From contig OZ320313.1 of assembly GCA_976226885.1 (NCBI GenBank), positions 142,228,001-142,292,000 on the forward strand: DNA of 64,000 bases, read 5' to 3'. The DNA is from Iphione sp. A-MEVVRFRX5. Lineage: Eukaryota. The notes below the pieces were generated by a model that saw nothing but the letters and a program-made list of their open reading frames with translations, did not search any database and was not told the origin of the DNA. Positions 42,513-55,665 of the stretch are shown in pieces (position 1 is the first letter of the stretch; each line of letters begins with the position of its first letter). The position numbers were made by a program, and so were the translations under genes.

Positions 42513-44381
42513 AGCTCTGTTCACGACATTATCGAAGCAGCAAGCAATAGCCGAGCGAACTGTTTTGTAGCGTATTATTCTCTAAAGGTATAAGAGTTAC
42601 TCACCAATCCATACAAGTAAAATGAAGTGTAAACCTTTTCCCTAGACCTAAACTACGATACATGTCAATGTGCTTCCCTTCACTCTATCACTGTTCCATC
42701 TATTGAAATATATGTCCCAATTGTAGTAGCCCGACAACAAATCCGCCAGATTGGCCCTTGATGGCTGTGAGAACGACTTTGTTTACCCCTTCGACTGATC
42801 CACACGCATCAAGTCGTTCCGGAAAATTGACCTGAAAATCTGTGTTGGGCCATGGGCAACGCAGAGTGCCAATCGGAAGGCACATCAGCTATCCATTTCC
42901 GCTACTATCACCTAACCCAGAGACCACTTTCCTCTCCTTGCGTGCAAGTATTTACATTTTGGATGTTATCTGTATTTCCCCGTGTTGCCTTTGATTGTTT
43001 GTGGCACCATTGTGTGTCGCAGAATTGGGCTCTTTTCACAACCGGCAAGCGTGATAACGTAACTCTTGTAACTAGCTAAGGGTTTTTTTCCCGTCAGAAG
43101 TCGCGTGAGCTCAAGGAGCATCACTGGTCACATTCTCCTTGAGAAAGTTTGCAGCAGAAAAGGGCAGAATGAATATTCCATCTGTCGCGTTCCCCTATTA
43201 AATCTCAGGACAATTACGACCATGATTTTTTTGAGCCAGGACATAAATGGATTTAGTTGTCTGTAATTGTTGTCAAGAGATTTTCACTTCTCTTATCAAA
43301 GACCGTCGAGACCCCTCTCAGTTGAAAGCTTCTCAAGGATGAAAATGTCACCGAGCAATTTATTCAGTTAACCTGTGTTTTATTCTAAACGACAGCCGAT
43401 TCTTATCAAGAAAAACAATATTAACACTTGTGGCATGCATTTTTATTTTGTTCTCATTAGAAGATAATATGAAGATGAGAACAAAGTACATAGGTTCATG
43501 TGAAATTTCTATTGTACCTTTTCTATTCAGCACACCCAGAATGGGATGTGTCTCTATTAGGGAATTCTTTTTATATGTAACAAAATATAATTGGCTCTTT
43601 TCAAAGGTGCCCTATTAGAGGCATGTCCCTATTAGAATCATGTCCCTATTGTGGCTTGACACACTTCAGGAATTTTGTGTTTTAATCACTATTTATTTGT
43701 GTAAAACCTTATGCATCTTCAAGTTTAAAAATAAAGTTATTTTCCCTGACTTTCCCGATGTGCACCTTGCTGTTGCACACTTCGTACCTGGTTCTCGCCG
43801 TCCGTGGGATTCTACACACCTCAGCTGAATCTCTCATGCCGCCTCTGCCGTGGCGTCCTGTACTTGGCGAACATCGTAACGGTTCTTTGCAGCCCCAGCC
43901 CGCCCCGCTAATCGTCGCCAATCAAGCCTCCGATGGAATCATTTTGAGCAGTATTGCGGACCATTACCGTCTGGAGGCGAGCAGCTCATCTTCACTGTAA
44001 GCGAGTTACTCGTTAATCTGTCGCGCCTGCGCCAGAATCGAATTATTGGATGCAACACATAGAGTGGCACATTGGGATCAGGTACATGCGCCGCACTAAT
44101 TCTGATGAAAGCTATTAAGACCACGCAATGTCACTTTATCGGTAGCCTCCATCTGACCACCTCGTCAAATCCTTTCCGCCTCAGCACTCCCACGCTGAAC
44201 AGTCTCCGCTAAATATATTGAGGAATAGAGAGGGAATGAAGCACCTGTACGATCGTCTCAGAAATAGAGACTAAGTAGAAAGGAAATTGGGTCTGCAGTA
44301 GACGTTGATGAGGCACAGTGCGAAAGATGATAAAAGAAGAAGATGGAGTCTAAATAGAGAAGAAACCAATTCAGCAAGAGC

Positions 44382-44384
<3 letters not shown>

Positions 44385-44439
<55 letters not shown>

Positions 44440-44470
44440 CATAGAGAGAGGGAGAGAGAGATGCATAGAG
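44385..44470 (+). repeat. (GA)n microsatellite
   Basis: Long pure AG run followed by a degenerate tail. Confidence 0.97.
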
Positions 44471-45326
44471 AATGACAGAAAACATTTCTACGAATTTTTA
44501 CATCTATTACAGACTGACTTTGAACTACATTCATTGCCCATTCTCGATGGTTGTTCCACTAATCATCGGTTCTCTTCTTAATCATTCATATGTTACCAAC
44601 CAATATTTATTGGGTTGTTTTGGAGATGTCCAACTTTTTCATCCTTCTCATCCTCATTTATTATTTCATTTAATAGAACAGGGCCCTCAAATACTTTACT
44701 GGTATTAAATTCTTCTGGTGTGGGCCTCGTCACTTTTATCTGGAGCCTCTTCCATACTCCAATGTTATAGCAGGTCCATAATTTTGTTCCTCTCTGAATA
44801 CCTTTTTGTGCATAGCTACAATTACCTGGCGCTAACATTCAAGGGTTAGGGGAGGAATCCCCTTTTTCAATTTTTTCAGTTCCTGTAGACCTCTTCTTGT
44901 ACAGATTTAGTATAACTTAAGTACCTGTTTTTATCTGTCTCGAGCCCTCACTGCTCGTCCCCCAATAATACCTGACAATTTTAATTAATTTTCGGCTCAA
45001 TCATGGTTCTACAAATTCTCATAGCATTTGCCATGATTAAATATTCACCATCCTCTTAAACATATAAATCCTACACAGCCAAAAATATTTTCCTGTTATC
45101 AGAAAAAAAACATTTAAAAAAGAAACAACAAAGTGATATACGGGCTCAACAAAGTGATTTTTGTTTGACCCACACACTGCTTTTATGATCTCGGTGTTAA
45201 TATTTCTCGAGAAATATAGACACATAAGATCTTCATTTGAGGCCCTGTTGAGTCAGACAGTCAGGTTCGACGATTCAGTACGATGATGAATGCGAGAACA
45301 GGGTGATTGAGTATGTGTATCTAGGG

Positions 45327-45338
45327 GGGAGAGAGAGA

Positions 45339-45392
<54 letters not shown>

Positions 45393-45402
45393 GTGTGTGT
45401 GT
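45327..45402 (+). repeat. (GA)n/(GT)n compound microsatellite
   Basis: Directly visible in the sequence. Confidence 0.95.
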
Positions 45403-46480
45403 ATGATAAAGGGAGGAAAATGAGAGGAGGAGAGAGGGGACATAGAAGGGGTGACGAGAGCAAGCAAAACGGCAGAATGAAGGGAGCGAAAGATGACAAA
45501 TGTAATACAGCAATAGAAAAACCTGTCTGCGCGACTAGCATCCAATATGAGCTGCAAGTTTGCAATGCATGAGAATTCAGGAGAATGGCGATACCATGAA
45601 TTGGTGCAGGGATTTCTGACAGACTAAAATATGCAAAACACAGTGCCTGTTTTATTGTAAGGTAAAAGCGCCTAGAACGGTTCAGATCGTTGATTTCTTC
45701 TGGCCATACGTATACGTATACGTATATACGTATGAACATGTGCTTTATAGTGAAAACGTACGCATGTAACTCGATGGCTGAGTTCTATATACAAAAACAC
45801 GATGGGTCAGGTGAACCGCTGTGACAATCGGCTGATATGTTGGCCGTACATTACCAGCTATTCACCTCATTAAATGCCATGCACGCACTCCGGTAATAAG
45901 GCCCGCCGACAGACCACTGCCTCCATCCCGATACTTTATTACCCCCTCCTCCTCAGGGAGGCCCGCAGCTAACGTACGAGACAGGGCGTCTAAAAATAGC
46001 ACGGCTTTGTCTCTGCTATATATCGTAGGAGAGGGAACCCGGTGGGTTTTTTTCGTCGTGCCTCATCCCTGAGGTACCCCTGTAACTTTTCGGGTTTTAG
46101 TGGGTTGGTCGTTTTGGCCATTAACTTGACGTGCCACCCTGATGGATGGCCTGGCTGGCTTGTTTGCCGCCAGGGCGAGCTTGCTCACCCGTGAAAGATA
46201 TTGGAGGTCGTGAATCATAGGGCAAATCTATGGAGTGGTTTTAATGGTCACTGGGTTCGCCGGTCATGGCCACGTAACGCGTCAGAATGCACTGACACCC
46301 ATTATGTAGCAAAAATTACGAGAGAGGAAAAAAGAAAAATGGCTTCACTTTGTTTGGGTAGGCTCCATGTAGAACGGTGACGGTTAGACATGTGAATGTT
46401 TACACACCACATTCTGATTATGCCAGATTACAAGCTGCACGAGAAAAGTGGTGGCTGAGGTGTTAATAGCTTATGCATGC

Positions 46481-46534
46481 AAGAAGCGCAAGAGATTAAT
46501 TTGCTCGAAGAAGTGCAAGAGATTAATTTGCATG
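46481..46534 (+). repeat. 27-bp tandem duplication
   Basis: AAGAAGCGCAAGAGATTAATTTGCTCG followed by AAGAAGTGCAAGAGATTAATTTGCATG. Confidence 0.85.
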
Positions 46535-46580
46535 AATAGATTAACGTTTATCGCTGTCACCTGTTTGCTCTCTTTTTCTG

Positions 46581-46588
46581 TGTTTCTT

Positions 46589-46629
<41 letters not shown>

Positions 46630-46685
46630 CTCTCTCTCCTCTGGCCTTCTTGCCTTGTCTGTCTCTTTCCTTCCCTGCTCTCCTT

Positions 46686-46722
<37 letters not shown>
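46581..46722 (+). repeat. Two (TC)n microsatellite tracts
   Basis: TC runs at about 46590-46640 and 46690-46720. Confidence 0.95.
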
Positions 46723-49411
46723 CACCTCTCGCGCGTGACTTTTTTCTCTTTGTCAAGAATTGGAGCGAGTGAAGAACAAAAAGTAACTTCGGAAACAAGG
46801 TCCTCTTCTGTTTTGAGGATCCGTGCAAATCATGTGCGATGACGAGTATCAAACACTCTCGAGCCATTTCCATAATGGAAAACAAACTGTCACTTTTTAG
46901 TCAACAAAAAAGAGGTTAATAAATGTATAATTACAGACGAAGCCAAGCAAAGCTAAAAACACAATCCTGCCAGGTGACCCTTGCAGATAGAGCATTGGAG
47001 TGAATTGTAAGGTAGGCAGAAAACCTCGTACACAATCGACAAAATGAAATATACGCTTATCACGACCAGCAAAGCAAGTGTATCTATCCCCCATACGATT
47101 CATCAATGCATGTTAGGATCCGTAGATCTAATTGCTTTTCCCCCTAGGAATGTTAGGGAGAAATGGATCTGCCATTCGGCTCCCTTACCCCCCACCACCT
47201 TCCCCATGCTTCAAATAGCATGCTCTCTCAGTGCTAGAAAACTAGAAGGGAATTCAATTCCTCCAGTGGAGCTCCAGTAGTCACGTGATACTTCATGGCC
47301 AGATGGCAGTATCAGGAGTCGCGTCGTCTAGTTCGGTTGCCATTTTGACATTAAAGTTACCCTTCGTCTGTGTTTTAGCCACGGCTGCCTGGGCTCGGTC
47401 AGGAAATCAATACTTGCATGCTTATCACACGCGGTAATAATTCCTTTACCGCCGTTTTAGTCTTTTACCTGACAAGTTCTTAAAAAGATCCATCATACGT
47501 TGTCGTAGTGGGGAGCTTCATCGGATGCTTTGCGTGAGTTATTTGATATATAGTAAATAATTGTTCAACAGGCATTAATCACACCCGTACGGATGCAGTC
47601 GTAATTAGAGAATGGGCCCATTGGTGGCCCCTTGAAACAGCGTTCCACGCGGGCATTTCTAATTACCTCTGCGGTCATCATTAATTTAAAACAAACCAGG
47701 CACAGACGTTTCCCAGCCTCACCTTGAACAAAAGAGCTAATGTAAATTAGATATGATGGTACGGCCTTTCAACATAATGCATCAAACCAAAGACCCCAGA
47801 AAGGCTGTATGAAGTACATACATTCATAATATATGGCCAGAAGAAGCAGGACTAATATGACCAAATGTCAATTATTAGAAGTATCGCCCGATACTGATAT
47901 TCTGGCTGTCTCTGACCCCATTAATGAACTTATGCCGCGTTAAATTGCATTCCGTATTGTCGAATTCGGTAAGATCATTTGGGCGGCAAGGTCGTTAGGC
48001 AGTGGCTAAGAAACTATAAAGGTGGGCAATAGATAGGAGCACCTTGTGCTAGAGAATATGTTCAAAGAAGTTCCGATTGTCCTGTATTTAACGTACGTTG
48101 CATCTGCCAAAGGTGAGTGTGCAATCTGCTGACAAATTTAAGAAATTATGCTAGAGAAGGAAGAAGTCATGTGAAGGCTTGACAAGTAGAAAGACAAGCA
48201 GAAACAGGTGAGGGTCATTGTTTATAATTTGGTTAAGCGCATGTGTCATCGTAGCGGTTCAAGAAGCTTATATCTTTTGCATTAAGGGCCTTAACGAGGG
48301 GTGCGACAGTAATCCTGAAAATGGGTGTCTCTCCTGCACACAAAGCCACGGCTTGATATTATGTTGCTAGGCGGTAAACCCAACAATCCGGTAGCTAGTC
48401 GATGACACGTCCGTACATCAAGTACAAAGTAAGGTTTAGGGCCTTGGCCGTTCAAAGAGACTCATAATAAGGGGTAGATTTGGGTTTCCTTCTGGTAATT
48501 ACTTTCGGCATCTACACCGAAGAGAACCCGAGAGAAAGCAGGAATGCAGGCGTGTGAAGCAACCTGTCAGAAACACGAGCATGAATAAAGGATGGGACGT
48601 CATATTGAATTGTTTTTCCTACATGCCATTACCGTGCTTGAGAGTGAGCGGATCAAGTAACTTTCTCATGACAGCGACAACAACTTTACCTTGTATGTGT
48701 AAATACCCATGCAGCATTCAAATAAAAGGTAGATGGATGCTTACCATTGCTTCGCTGTGTTACCAAGCACAATACGTTCATCGCTATTTATGTGCAGTGA
48801 CGTCCTAAGAAGATCTTCGAGGTTTATGGGTTCGATGGGCCGTTTCCGATGGTGCCCACAGGGGACGCTGTGTTCAACAAAGTATGAACAGATATGTCTT
48901 GTAAGGTTTCGACCAAAATGCCTATGTCACCCTCTCAAACATGCAGTCAACGGTAAAGCCCGAAACAGGGAAAAAACTAATAGACAAATGAAGGAAGCGA
49001 GCAATTGAAGCCGTCGGGAAGTTTTCTTGTATAACTTACATTAATTACATAGTGTGTGTGAATTGTACCTTATGGTTGATTCAGCGGTCGATAATTTTTT
49101 CGAAGGGGTGTTATGTTTTTGTTCTAGTTGCATGGAGGCATCTTTATAAAATATGTTCTGTAAATCTCCATTATCCTGAATGTAGAAGTAACTCGTTGTT
49201 AAAATAGATTAAACACCTAGAACTGTGTATTAAAATAGGTTATCAGAATTTTTAATGTGCCTTTGATTGATTCGAAGTGATAATCATGCACGGATCTGTG
49301 AGAAGGGATGATGTTAACCTGAATAAAGAAGTGGTTTCCCTTTTACAGAATACTTCTATTCTAATAACGGATACGGTTATGGGAATTACCTTAGAGGCTA
49401 ATTGTATCATC

Positions 49412-50889
49412 TTACTTACTTACTTAGTCCTCTTCATTCCAATTGGAACATAGGGCCTGGACTGCAGATCTCCATCTTGGGCAGCTCTGTTGGCTTCACT
49501 CCAGGTCATGTTGATGCTGTTGAGTTCTGCCTGTAGAGTTATTCTCCAGTTGTTGAACAGTTGTCCTCTCTTTCATTTTCCCTGTGGGTTCCAATCTAGG
49601 GCATGGCGTGGAATGTGAGCCTGTCCTCTATGTGTCCGACCAAACCCCACTTCCTCATCTGGTCACTCTTGGTGATTGGGCCTTGTTTTGTCCTGTGCAT
49701 GAGTTCTTCATTTCAGATTCTTTTTCGCCATCTGATGTGCAGGATCTGGCAAAGACAGGTATTGATGGAAACTTGCAGCTTGTTGTCTAGTCTCTTTGTG
49801 CTTCTCCAGGTCTCCGAACCATAAAGTAGCACAGACTTGATGTTGGAGTTGAATATCCGCAGCTTGGTGTGCAGACTAAGGTTTTCATTTCTCAATACTG
49901 GTTTGAGAGTGACAAAGGCCTAGCATGCCTTGCTGATCCTGGTCTTGACATCTTCATGTGCTCCTCCTGTCTTGCTAACATTACTGTCCAGATAGGTGAA
50001 GTGGTTGACATCTGCTATGGCTTGTCCCCTGATGTTAATGGGTGTTTCTTGCATGGCGTTTACCCACAAGCTCTTTGTTTCCCCCATATTGAACTCTAGT
50101 CCTGTCCTCCTTGCAATGTTGCTCAGCCTCTCGGTTTTCTCTTGCATATGTCCTTGGGAGTGCAAAAGCAGGGCGATGTCATCAGCAAAGTCAAAATCCT
50201 CCAGCTTTTTTATTAGAGTCCATTGTATGCCCCTGACTTGGTCTATGCTGGTCTTCCTCACCTAGTCTAGCACAAGTGAGAAGATTAGAGGGGATAGCAG
50301 ACATCCTTGTCTGACTCCAGTGTGGACTTCAAAAGATGGTGATAGGTTGGCATTGTGAATAACTCTACAGCTGGTGTCTCTATAGAGGCTCTGGATAACA
50401 TTGGTAATTTTCTGAGGGATACCATAGTGTCTGAGGATTTGCCGGATTGTTGCCCAGTCCAGCATGTCAAATGCCTTTTTGTAGTCAACAAAGTTGACAT
50501 ATAGTGATGAATGCCACTCCAGTGATTGCTCAATGACAATGCACAAGGCTACAATCTGGTCGGTGCATGATTTCCCAGCCTGTAATCCCACTTGTTCCTC
50601 TTTCAGTGTGGAATCCACAGCAGCTCTGATCCTTTCCAGAATCACCCTGGTGAAAATTCTGCTGGGCATTGAGAGAAGCTGTATTCCTCTCCAGCTTAAG
50701 TATTTGCTGAGATCTCCCTTCTTTGGAAGCTTCATGATATAGCCCATACTCCATTCCTCAGGTGTGTCTTTCTTTTCCCATGCTTCTTGTAGGACGTTGA
50801 TGAGGATGTCTGCTGTGGTTTTTGGGTCTGCTTTCAAAACCTCTGGGTGAATGCTGTCTGGTCTTGGTGATTTCCCATTTTTCATCTTC
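49412..50889 (-). mobile_element. 5'-truncated, degenerate RTE-clade non-LTR retrotransposon (reverse transcriptase and 3' end)
   Basis: Minus-strand RT motifs YVNFVDYKKAFD, GVRQGCLLSPLIF and LEDFDFADDIALL; KLRIFNSNIKSVLLYGSETW; terminal ALCSNWNEED then a (TAAG)4 tail. There is an in-frame stop near 50262 plus frameshifts. Probable 10-bp TSD: TTGTATCATC (49402-49411) and TTGCATCATC (50890-50899), one mismatch. Confidence 0.93.
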
Positions 50890-53542
50890 TTGCATCATCA
50901 AATCGTTATTATATGTTTCTCAGAAAAAGGTCCCAAAAGGTTTAATCACAGCACAGGGAATTAATCAATGATTAATACTCTTAAACACAATTGGAACCGA
51001 GGCTGCTCACAAAGTCTGTTAATTATACCTGACGTCACCTTTCAGCTTGAAGTACCAGTTGACAGCTTGTGCAGGTCACTCTACACTCTTATTTGTTTGA
51101 TGTTAAAACCAATATTTTATTTTTTGTTTTCGGCTATAACTTGACGATATTTCTATGGCAGAAAGGTATAGTATATAATTGTAGTGTCGTATTACTCAGT
51201 AAATAACAGACTATGTATTCTGAAGTATTATCAATAATATGACAAATGTCATGATTCATGGTACCATCTACAATTCTACCGATAGTATATACATGTAGTC
51301 TGATATGCAATGCGCAGTATAGTACTGGTGCATAGATTGCCAGAATAGTAGCATTGCTCAGTAGTATACCATATATTTTTACAATACTGAAGCATAATGG
51401 TACTATACTATGTAATCCAAGATAATGACTCCAGATAATGGAGACAAATTGCCCGGATCTCTGAGACAAACTGAAAAAAAACTATATCTCTCAGCACCAT
51501 CTGGATTTGTCAGATCAACAGTCCATAATGCAGCCATGACTTTAAAGCTAGATCTTTGGGGACAAACCGCTAAGGTGTCTCTCATAAACCCTTGACCTTC
51601 CTTAATCCAATGCTAATAAGAATAAATCTCAATTCGTGAAACAGTCGACCAAACACCACACCATTTGAATTCAGCTGTTGAGAGAGTCTCCAGAATTGGT
51701 GGGAGGGGGCAAACTCGTCGAATATCCGAATATGACAGTAGATATGAAGACGCAAAAACAGTAGAGTCAACTGTTCAACGCTTGATTGTTTAAGCCAGAG
51801 CAGGTGAAGGGTGGGGATTGTGGGTGGCGGGTTGAGGGGTTGACCATTCGCCAAGCCAAGTTTACGCTCTACTCCTATCACGAAGTAAACGCGCCGGGAG
51901 CTCACCTAGCAAGGCCTTGGCTCTCACTCGCTCAATGCTGCTGCGGCTACCGATACGTGTCAGGTTATCCTCTACCGACCTGCCTTGAATAAACCAACTG
52001 CCACATGAACGTGTAGTAGCAGTTACCAAACTACATTATCAGTTTGGTACCAATGCAAATTCCCAAAAAGAAAAGCTAGATTGAGGTCGATCTATTGACC
52101 ATTGCCGCCTACGTTGCCAGCTTATTAGATTGTTTTTACCCATCTTGTTCTCTGACTCTCAGGTCGTTGGTATGCCCGTTGGTCGTTCATTTCCAATTCG
52201 CCTTTGTGAAAGGCACGAAAAATCTACTGCGTACAAACACAGCTCTATGTCTTCACTTGTAATGCGGTTATGAATAGTACACACTAACGTATGTACTCAC
52301 CTTGGCTCGCCTGTGATACTATAGGTTTAAAAAGATCGCGTTTTATGTAATGTGTGATAATTACATTTTCAGTGCTTTATTAACTGTGGCGAAACTATCC
52401 ACTCTATAGCATTCTATAGCACTGCCGTTATCCCGCCAACTAAAATCATTTCCACCTCCCTCAACTCTCCCTCCGAATCCGCACTACTCAGGCTCAAAAT
52501 CGATAGGTTACGCTATCACCAAGCAGACATACGCAAACGTAGCACTATATTGAGTGTATCTAAGTCCGGTAACTAATTCTGCGCGCTGATTGCCATCGCT
52601 CGCATCCCCGATCCACAACTGTTATCCCCCAGCCTGGCATTGAACCGCCCCAGGACTACGCAGGCTTATGGCTGGTGGGAATATGCCAGCTTCTCTCCAA
52701 ACACATGGGAGGGGAGAACTATTAGCGAGGGGCCGCTGCTACTGTGGATGTAATTTGCTGAAAGTCCCTTTGCCACAAGGGTAGCCAGTGTAGCTCAACT
52801 TCTTCCGGCGAGTGACTAGAGCGTCTCTGTGCGCCAAAGACTCCGTGCGCCAGAAGCCGACATCCCGGCAGTATCCCATACTGAGCGGCTCACCCTCATC
52901 ACCCAAGAACCTCTCAGGGCTCAACACCTAGGCAATCCGCATGCTGTGGGATAAAAGGCCGCAATCAATAGGACTTTGGTTTCTGAAAATGCTACGGATT
53001 TAAAGAAGGATGTCCATGGGGTGTCTATGTATACTTTATACATATATTTGTATATTACGGAAACGTTTTCGTCAAAAAGGCAAGGTCACTGGGAGAATTG
53101 TATTTGTGTGTGTTTATTAAATACGTGTGACATGAATTCAAGCTGATATTTTCCCTTCAACTTACAACTGAAGTCAAATAGGTGTGCATACTGATATGCA
53201 TATGCAGCATTAATCTTTTTATCTTTAAAATAAATTCATGTGAATGGAACATTTACCTGCAGTACAAACGATGAATTTTATTATCCTTTGTTTCCAAAGT
53301 TGTCATTTTCTCTTGATCTTCAACGTTATAAGTTAAAGTCTAGTGAATTTTAGTATATTTGCGCTAATTCAATTATATAGACAGTTCTTCTTAGTTTACT
53401 CCAATACTAACACCCGTGTTCCCCTTTCGACATTGCATAAATTGAAGATACTTCAACTCTTCATTTTCTCCTGTTTCAATCTCTTGTCCGATCTCTTGTA
53501 CATACTATCCATAACCTTCGCGTTTGTTCTTCTTCTATTCCT

Positions 53543-53694
53543 NNNNNNNNNNNNNNNNNNNNNNNNNNNNNNNNNNNNNNNNNNNNNNNNNNNNNNNNNN
53601 NNNNNNNNNNNNNNNNNNNNNNNNNNNNNNNNNNNNNNNNNNNNNNNNNNNNNNNNNNNNNNNNNNNNNNNNNNNNNNNNNNNNNNNNNNNNNN
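53543..53694. other. Assembly gap (152 N)
   Basis: Run of N; ORFs spanning it are artefacts. Confidence 0.99.
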
Positions 53695-55549
53695 TTACAG
53701 TTTGCTCCATGTTGTTGTTCACGTAACCCACGTTCCATGCAGCATTCCGCACTGAGTAAACGATGGTCATATCTACTATTATCGACAGCTACATCTATCA
53801 AGCCGCCTGATTACCCTACGATTGCACTCGGCCTGCCAGCAGCAATGGGGCAGTGCCAGCGGCGCGTTTTAATTACGGCGGCCGTTTGCTGTAATCACTG
53901 TATCAATTACAGCTTTTCTCTGTCCCTAGTTCTGCCGAACTCCGCTAGGTAGCCCATCGGTCGATGTCAGCATGACGCGGTCTGGGGCACGAATGGGTTG
54001 GAGCCACGTGGGTGGGAGGGTTAAGGTGAAGGTTTGATTGGGGTCTAATACGGGCTGATAAACCGTAAGGAGCTCGACACTGACCTTGAAGCGGGTCAAT
54101 GAAGGAAAAGACGCACTCCAGTTGGTCGTTAGGGATGGCCATGATAGAATGGGTTATAAAAGGTTGACTTCAGACGGCCCTACCTCACACAAGAACCCAT
54201 CTCTCTTAGTCAATTTACTTATTAGCCCATCTAGTATCTCACTTGAAGTATATCTACTTTGCCCAGACTGCAGGGAATCGAAGTACATTGGACTACTAAC
54301 TACAGGGCCTTTATGGTTTAGTTTGTAGGCCTGAGTTTGCTAGACTGTCCTCGATTTTGAAAACGACATGCCATCTCTCATAGCTCTCGGAGGTATATTT
54401 TATTTCCTCTTCGTTGATAAAAACCACACACCCAACATTCGCGACACGCTATTCAAATTTTGAACATGTAGAAGTCTATGCCTAAGTGTTCACTGTAAAG
54501 TGAGCCTTCCAAAAGGTCGGTTTTCCATAGCCTTGTACGACTGGGTGTGTGAGCTTTGAATTCATACTGCTTTCATTTATTTAAGTGATATTATAGGGAA
54601 TTTAACTTCAACCCCATGGAGCTAGAAATGTGAAGTGACGGTTTTCATTAGATATGCAATACGGTATAATAAATTCAATAAAAGCGAACATCATACCCCA
54701 TGCTGTGTATGCTTAGCTGTTAAAAATTCGCATTCCGCTCAGGACGTGGAGGTGTTTTGCTACAGGAGGATGCTTGGCTCTCCAGGGGAAGGTCAAGGTC
54801 AGCCGAGCGTGATGGATGACCCCAGAAGGCCCAGCGGCAGCTGCCCTGAGCCTCGCTTTCACTCGCCGACCAACACCAGACCGAGGCCATTGACCAACGT
54901 GGTCCGCGCCGCATGCGTAAAAGGTGGCAAAAGGAGAGGCCGACTTGAGCACTCCATACGGCCCCACTCCCAGATGCTCATGAAAGGCATCGAGCGCCTG
55001 ACTATATCCTCGCAAACCAACCCGGATGCAGCTACGGCCCACAGAGAGGAGCGAACCTCACATGCTCATAGGAGAATCATTTAAAGTACCCCCGATACCA
55101 GCGAGTTATAAATCGTAGTAGCTAGTAGTCCAGCCTGAAGGATAATATCGATAGATATTCATCCTTACCGAGAGAGACCGGTGATTAGATATTGGCAAGT
55201 TGCTTCCAATGCGATGGGTGAAGAGGGCGAGCCACAGGGAGATCGGCCCGGTCATATGGGTGGGTGCATGTCCGGGGCAGGTCAGGCCCTTTGTGCGATC
55301 TCTCACGTTCGCCGCTGCTCGACTGCGCCTTATATCTCTATTAACACTTGTCATAATGATCGGTCACCCTCTCATCTTCTGCCGCTACCGCTAGAGGGAA
55401 ACGTGAGGTAACAGAACGGTCACATCCGGGACCCGCTAGGGCTTATCCTGGAAGGTGTGGTCGTGAGAAGGGGCATGAAAGGAGGGTGAAAGAGATAAGC
55501 AAAATGGAGGTTGGGGAGGGACTAAGGTCAGACGGACGCGCAGTACCTC

Positions 55550-55665
55550 GCGACCAATCACAGTTCGGCTTTGTTTGCCGCGGGGAGGCGCTCCTTTGCT
55601 ACTTCCGGTGCAGGTATTGACTTCCGGGAAGGATCACGTGATCCAACGGCAAGGGGTGAGCAGAA
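55550..55665 (+). promoter_or_regulatory. CCAAT/ETS/E-box promoter-like island
   Basis: CCAAT at 55554, two ACTTCCGG ETS-type sites (55601, 55620), a perfect 14-bp palindrome GGATCACGTGATCC (55631-55644), and a possible GTGAG donor just downstream. The region is GC/CpG-rich. Confidence 0.42.

Noticed and set aside
1554-44110. Other CTGATGA occurrences (e.g. ~1554, 2454, 27403, 44101) checked as hammerhead cores
   Set aside because: None has a stem II followed by GAAA and a cleavage triplet in the right arrangement.
44258-46885. ORFs with SLSLSL or RERERE runs
   Set aside because: Translations of (GA)n/(TC)n microsatellites.
48760-48890. Protein-like stretch RPKKIFEVYGFDGPFPMVPTGDAVFNK
   Set aside because: Bounded by in-frame stops, and no family recognised.
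53343-53952. ORFs spanning the N run, and a WNVG (LINE endonuclease-like) word right of the gap
   Set aside because: The ORFs are open only because of the Ns, and the four-residue resemblance is too short to support a call.
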